From: an uncultured Verrucomicrobiae bacterium
GTDB taxonomy: Bacteria; Verrucomicrobiota; Verrucomicrobiia; Chthoniobacterales; UBA10450
DNA length: 64,000 bases
NCBI GenBank assembly: GCA_963756875.1
Contig: CAVWPA010000003.1
Coordinates: 992,001 to 1,056,000 of the forward strand
Direction of reading: 5' to 3'
Shown one piece after another: positions 60,565-64,000 of this stretch. Position 1 is the first letter of the stretch. Every line of letters begins with the position of its first letter. The position numbers and the translations under genes are program-made. The notes beneath the pieces were generated by a model. That model did no database searches and was not told the DNA's origin. It was given only the letters and a program-made list of their open reading frames with translations.

Positions 60565-60762
60565 ATTCGTTGGAGCTTATATATGCCAGCCCGGCTCGGG
60601 CCGGGACGTTTCTCACTCTTAATCCGGGCCCTGGACAGACAACAGTAAGAGATTCCTTCCGCCACGGCGGGCAGGCTGTTCCTTCGCTCGGAATGACATA
60701 GCTTTTCAACAAAGCCAGATGACCTCTGGCCTTTATCGTGAAAACCGTCGATTGATTCTCTG

Positions 60763-61483
60763 ATGTCTCAAGACCGCGATGCATCATCGTTTAGCCCCGC
60801 TGGAATCCTGGCGCGGTCGGACGTTTTATTGCCGAAGTTCCGCGAAGCAATAGCGGATATTCCACCGGAAGCAGGCTTCGGAGGAATCTGGGAAAGCGAG
60901 ATGTTTTTATTTTACGCTGCGGTGGAGCCGTTCGCGCCGGCAAAGATCCTGGAATCCGGCCGCGCCCGTGGCAAAAGCACGCTCATGCTGGCGCGCTCTT
61001 TCCCGGCAGCGAAGATTGTTAGCGTGGAATTTGACTCTCATTCGCCGAACGCGGCCGCGGCGGAGGAAAAACTGAAGCCTTATTCAAACGTCGAACTTTT
61101 GTATGGAGACTCCCGGCAAATTTTACCGGAACACCTGCAAAGTGGCGACGCAGTGTTGATTGACGGGCCGAAAGGTTTCCGCGCTTTGCAGCTGGCGTTG
61201 CGCCTTCTGCGTACCGGGAAACCATGCGCCGTGTTCGTGCACGATTTTCCGCCGCACGCCTTGTGGCGAGAATTCGTCGAACGCCACTGGCCGAATGCCT
61301 TTTTTGGCGATGACCCGCTGTTCCAGCCGTTCCGCGTCCTGGACGAAGAGCGAGATCCAAGGAGAAACGGAACTCGTGGCGAGTACCGGCATTTTCGCTA
61401 GTTTGCCTCCGCGCCTGCCCGCGCCCTACTGGCAGCTGAAGTTGCAGCTCTTTCTCACGCGCACGTTTCAACGCGCAATTTGA
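60763..61483 (+). CDS. Class I SAM-dependent methyltransferase-like protein; ends at 61401, or at 61483 if a frameshift near 61386 is corrected
   Basis: ILESGRARGKST, VSVEFD, GDS, LIDGPK, VHD. Confidence 0.65.
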
Positions 61484-61516
61484 CCGGGAGCGAGTAGGCG
61501 GTGTTGGAAGACATGC

Positions 61517-61591
61517 TGTAGCCACCGGCCTGTGGCCGGTTTTTCCGTCAGATCGCGCGAGCAGAGGACGGCCCACAGGGCCGTGGCTACA
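61517..61591. repeat. REP-like doublet TGTAGCCAC...GTGGCTACA
   Basis: Same family as 50106-50178. Confidence 0.85.
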
Positions 61592-61638
61592 ACGTGTGCT
61601 CCCTCCATCCTGTTTTTTCCAAAGAGCTGGACGAGCTT

Positions 61639-62118
61639 CTACAAGATCTGATCATCGGTCGCAATCGCGTCCATTACGACGTCGTGCGTCTCGCTTGGGA
61701 CCGCATCCAGCAATTGAAATGAAAAGCAAATGCCGAGTTTGAATGCGCTCGCGGCAGGGCCGGACAAGAGGCGATCGATGAACCCGCCGCCGCGGCCGAG
61801 CCGGTGGCGATCCTTCGAAAACGCCAGTCCCGGGGCGAGAATCAGGTCGATCTTCTCGGGAAGATGCAGCCCGTTCTTCGGGTTTTGCGGAATCAGGATC
61901 TCGGGAATTTTTCGGGCGTCGCAATCCAGTTTCAGCAAGGCGACGATCGGCTCGCTGGGAAGCGGCGAAAAGAGGATCACGCTTTCCGCCTCCTGCCATT
62001 GTCTCATCAGCAGGATGCGATTGCAGATTTCCTCGGACAAAGATTCCCGCTCCTCCGCGGTAAGACCGCGCAAGCGTTGCATCATCTTTTCGCGAAGCGC
62101 CGCTTTTTCTTGAATCAT
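61639..62118 (-). CDS. 5-formyltetrahydrofolate cyclo-ligase
   Basis: KAALR, DLILAPGLAF, RLGRGGGFIDR, HDV.MD. Confidence 0.9.
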   Translation of the reverse strand: MIQEKAALREKMMQRLRGLTAEERESLSEEICNRILLMRQWQEAESVILFSPLPSEPIVALLKLDCDARKIPEILIPQNPKNGLHLPEKIDLILAPGLAFSKDRHRLGRGGGFIDRLLSGPAASAFKLGICFSFQLLDAVPSETHDVVMDAIATDDQIL

Positions 62119-62132
62119 GCCAAAGCAGTTCG

Positions 62133-62528
62133 TCAGGTTTGTTTAGCGATGAGTCCGAGCACGATCAAGACAATGGTGCACCCGACGGTAGCAAAGGAAA
62201 AAACCGCTCCCAAAATGGCGAACAGTTTTATCCGCTCTCGTTGGAAGAGACCGGCAATGCCGAGGCCGAGCGCGACGATGTCCACCAGAATGAGCGCGAT
62301 AATCCCGAGACCGGTGATGATGGCGGCAGCCGATTTTTCGTCCAATCCGCCAGGCGTGGATGCCTCGAGGATCCCCGCGATGACAAAGACGACAAAAATT
62401 GCGATCGCGGCGACGATACTGATAACAAAAGAGGTAATTCCGATGCCGGAATGCTTTTGTGACGGCTGAACTGGCGGTGGTTGTTCTTCCACTCGTGCTC
62501 TCCTTGGATCTCGGGGAACTATATTCAA
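62133..62528 (-). CDS. Hypothetical membrane protein (3 TM)
   Basis: KHSGIGITSF followed by hydrophobic helices. Confidence 0.7.
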   Translation of the reverse strand: MNIVPRDPRRARVEEQPPPVQPSQKHSGIGITSFVISIVAAIAIFVVFVIAGILEASTPGGLDEKSAAAIITGLGIIALILVDIVALGLGIAGLFQRERIKLFAILGAVFSFATVGCTIVLIVLGLIAKQT

Positions 62529-62567
62529 CCGGCGCGCCGGTGGGCAAGCATCCTTGTCCGGAAGGCC

Positions 62568-63596
62568 GTGCGCCGGCTGCCGGGGAACGCGAAAGTTGGC
62601 CGTCGCCGATTGATTCGCGGGCGTTCGCTCATATCGTTGCGCGAAGTGCCGATTCCTTTTTCAAGAAAAAGCCGGCGGAATGTGGTCCGCCAGGCGACGC
62701 GCGATGGCGCAAAAAAATCGACGAGGGTCAGTTTGCGCCCGGGTAGCGATTGGCGAAAACGCAATTTCCTGACGAGCGTTCTCATCCCGTCGCTTTTCGT
62801 TAAGCGTTCCGGTGAATATGCGCCTCCGCAATTTCCGAAAATTCTTCCCGGACAGATCTGCATCACCTGGATTGGTCACGCCTCCTTCCTGCTTCAAACG
62901 CACGAAGTCAACGTTCTGATCGACCCGAATTGGGCGAAATGGCTAAAGGTAATCAAGCGTCTCAAGCAGCCCGGGTTCGAAATTCATCATTTACCCGCGA
63001 TCGACTTCGTTCTCGTCACGCATGCGCATTTCGACCATCTTGATCGGCGGACTCTGCGCCGTGTTGCCGCCGACCAGCCGATCGTCGTTCCCATTGGAGT
63101 CGGAAATCTGGTACACGACCTCGGGTTCCAAATCGTGCACGAGCTCGACTACTGGCAGAAGGTGAAACTTGGACCGATCGAAGTTGCATTGACGCCTTGC
63201 TACCATTGGGGTGCGCGGTTTTTGGCGGATCTGCATCGGGGTTTTGGCGGGTTCGTCACCACCGCTGATGGGCGCACAATCTTTCACTGCGGCGACAGTG
63301 CATTCTTCCCCGGTTTCAGGGAGATCGGGGAACATTACGACATCGACGTTGCGCTGCTTCCCATCGGCGCCTATGACGCGCCAACCGGAAGGGAAGTCCA
63401 CATGAACCCGGAGGAGGCACTGAGAGCATTTATTGAGCTGCGCGCAAAGACGCTGGTGCCGATGCATTATGGGACCTTCCGGCTCGGTTATGAGCCGCTC
63501 CACGAACCGTTGGAAAGATTGCTTGTCGCCGCGCGCGCTCATGGCGTCGAAGACAAGGTTCTGGTCATGACCGAAGGAAAGCCGGTCGTTTTATGA
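62568..63596 (+). CDS. MBL-fold metallo-hydrolase (NAPE-PLD/RomA-like)
   Basis: TWIGHAS, THAHFDHLD, CGDS, LPIGAY, PMHYGTF; start uncertain. Confidence 0.88.
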   Translation: MRRLPGNAKVGRRRLIRGRSLISLREVPIPFSRKSRRNVVRQATRDGAKKSTRVSLRPGSDWRKRNFLTSVLIPSLFVKRSGEYAPPQFPKILPGQICITWIGHASFLLQTHEVNVLIDPNWAKWLKVIKRLKQPGFEIHHLPAIDFVLVTHAHFDHLDRRTLRRVAADQPIVVPIGVGNLVHDLGFQIVHELDYWQKVKLGPIEVALTPCYHWGARFLADLHRGFGGFVTTADGRTIFHCGDSAFFPGFREIGEHYDIDVALLPIGAYDAPTGREVHMNPEEALRAFIELRAKTLVPMHYGTFRLGYEPLHEPLERLLVAARAHGVEDKVLVMTEGKPVVL

Positions 63597-63602
63597 AGCA
63601 GA

Positions 63603-63711
63603 AAACGCCGAACGCCCAACGCCCAACGCAGAACGTCGAATTCAGACGGGACCGTCTGCGTGCCATTTCTGATTTCGGCGTTGGACGTTGGGTGTTGGGC
63701 GTTCGGCGTTT
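63603..63711. repeat. Inverted heptamer array (AACGCCC / GGGCGTT)
   Basis: aacgccg-aacgccc-aacgccc-aacgcag-aacgtcg ... cggcgtt-ggacgtt-gggtgtt-gggcgtt-cggcgtt. Confidence 0.88.
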
Positions 63712-63721
63712 GCTTTGCTAA

Positions 63722-64000
63722 ATGTCCGGACCGCGCTCCACGCGTTCGGAATTATTCGGCGCAATCGTAGCCGGGCTGACCGTCATTTTCTTCTGCATCA
63801 TTCTTCTCTGGCACAATCCGCTTCTTTTCTGGAACGACGATTACGAAGTGTCGATTTTGCCGGTGTTCGCCGATGTCGCGCGCAGTTGGAGTCATGGCCA
63901 TCTTCCGCTGCTGAGTCCCTATTCCTGGGTCTGCAATAATCTGGCCGGCGAATTTCAGTACGGAACATTTTCGATCTTTGTAAACGCGGCCGTCGTTCTG
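63722..64000 (+). CDS. YfhO/GT-C-like membrane protein, 5' end
   Basis: TM helix, WNDD, GHLPLLSPYSW, open to the window end. Confidence 0.6.
   Translation, partial: MSGPRSTRSELFGAIVAGLTVIFFCIILLWHNPLLFWNDDYEVSILPVFADVARSWSHGHLPLLSPYSWVCNNLAGEFQYGTFSIFVNAAVVL

Noticed and set aside
62119..62132. 6S RNA upstream of the 5-formyl-THF cyclo-ligase
   Set aside because: Only 14 bp separate it from the upstream CDS.
35624..63711. Short tandem repeats as CRISPR arrays
   Set aside because: There is no repeat-spacer periodicity, the units are inverted 7-10-mers, and no cas genes are present.

Overview
This is a core-genome-like stretch from a moderately GC-rich bacterium, most likely Verrucomicrobiota. 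The assignment rests on a TGTTC-N4-GAACA LexA box and the gene content; a Chthoniobacterales-like placement is inference. It holds about 55 CDSs: guaD-nadC-birA, trpD, a serpin, an ABC-2/HlyD exporter, a Wzc/OPX/beta-barrel polysaccharide locus, pgsA, moaE, gnd, an imuB-dnaE2 cassette, a DinG helicase, an LptF/G permease, dusB, ExbB/ExbD/TonB, GuaB3, fabF, rarA, comEC, trmB, msrA, a two-component pair, sulfotransferases and a sulfonate-type ABC importer. It also holds tRNA-Lys, tRNA-Gly and tmRNA. No integrase, transposase, prophage or CRISPR array was recognised. The most striking signal is a dense set of more than 20 short palindromic elements from several unrelated families. They occupy many intergenic gaps, donate stop codons, nest inside each other, and sit in frame inside DNA-repair genes (dnaE2 twice, imuB, rarA), much like Rickettsia palindromic elements. 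The mutagenesis cassette is itself odd: the LexA box directly precedes an N-terminally truncated ImuB, with no ImuA. Four apparent frameshifts all fit a single ACG-to-ACCG insertion and are probably a systematic sequencing artefact. Functional calls come from motif recognition only; no database search was run.
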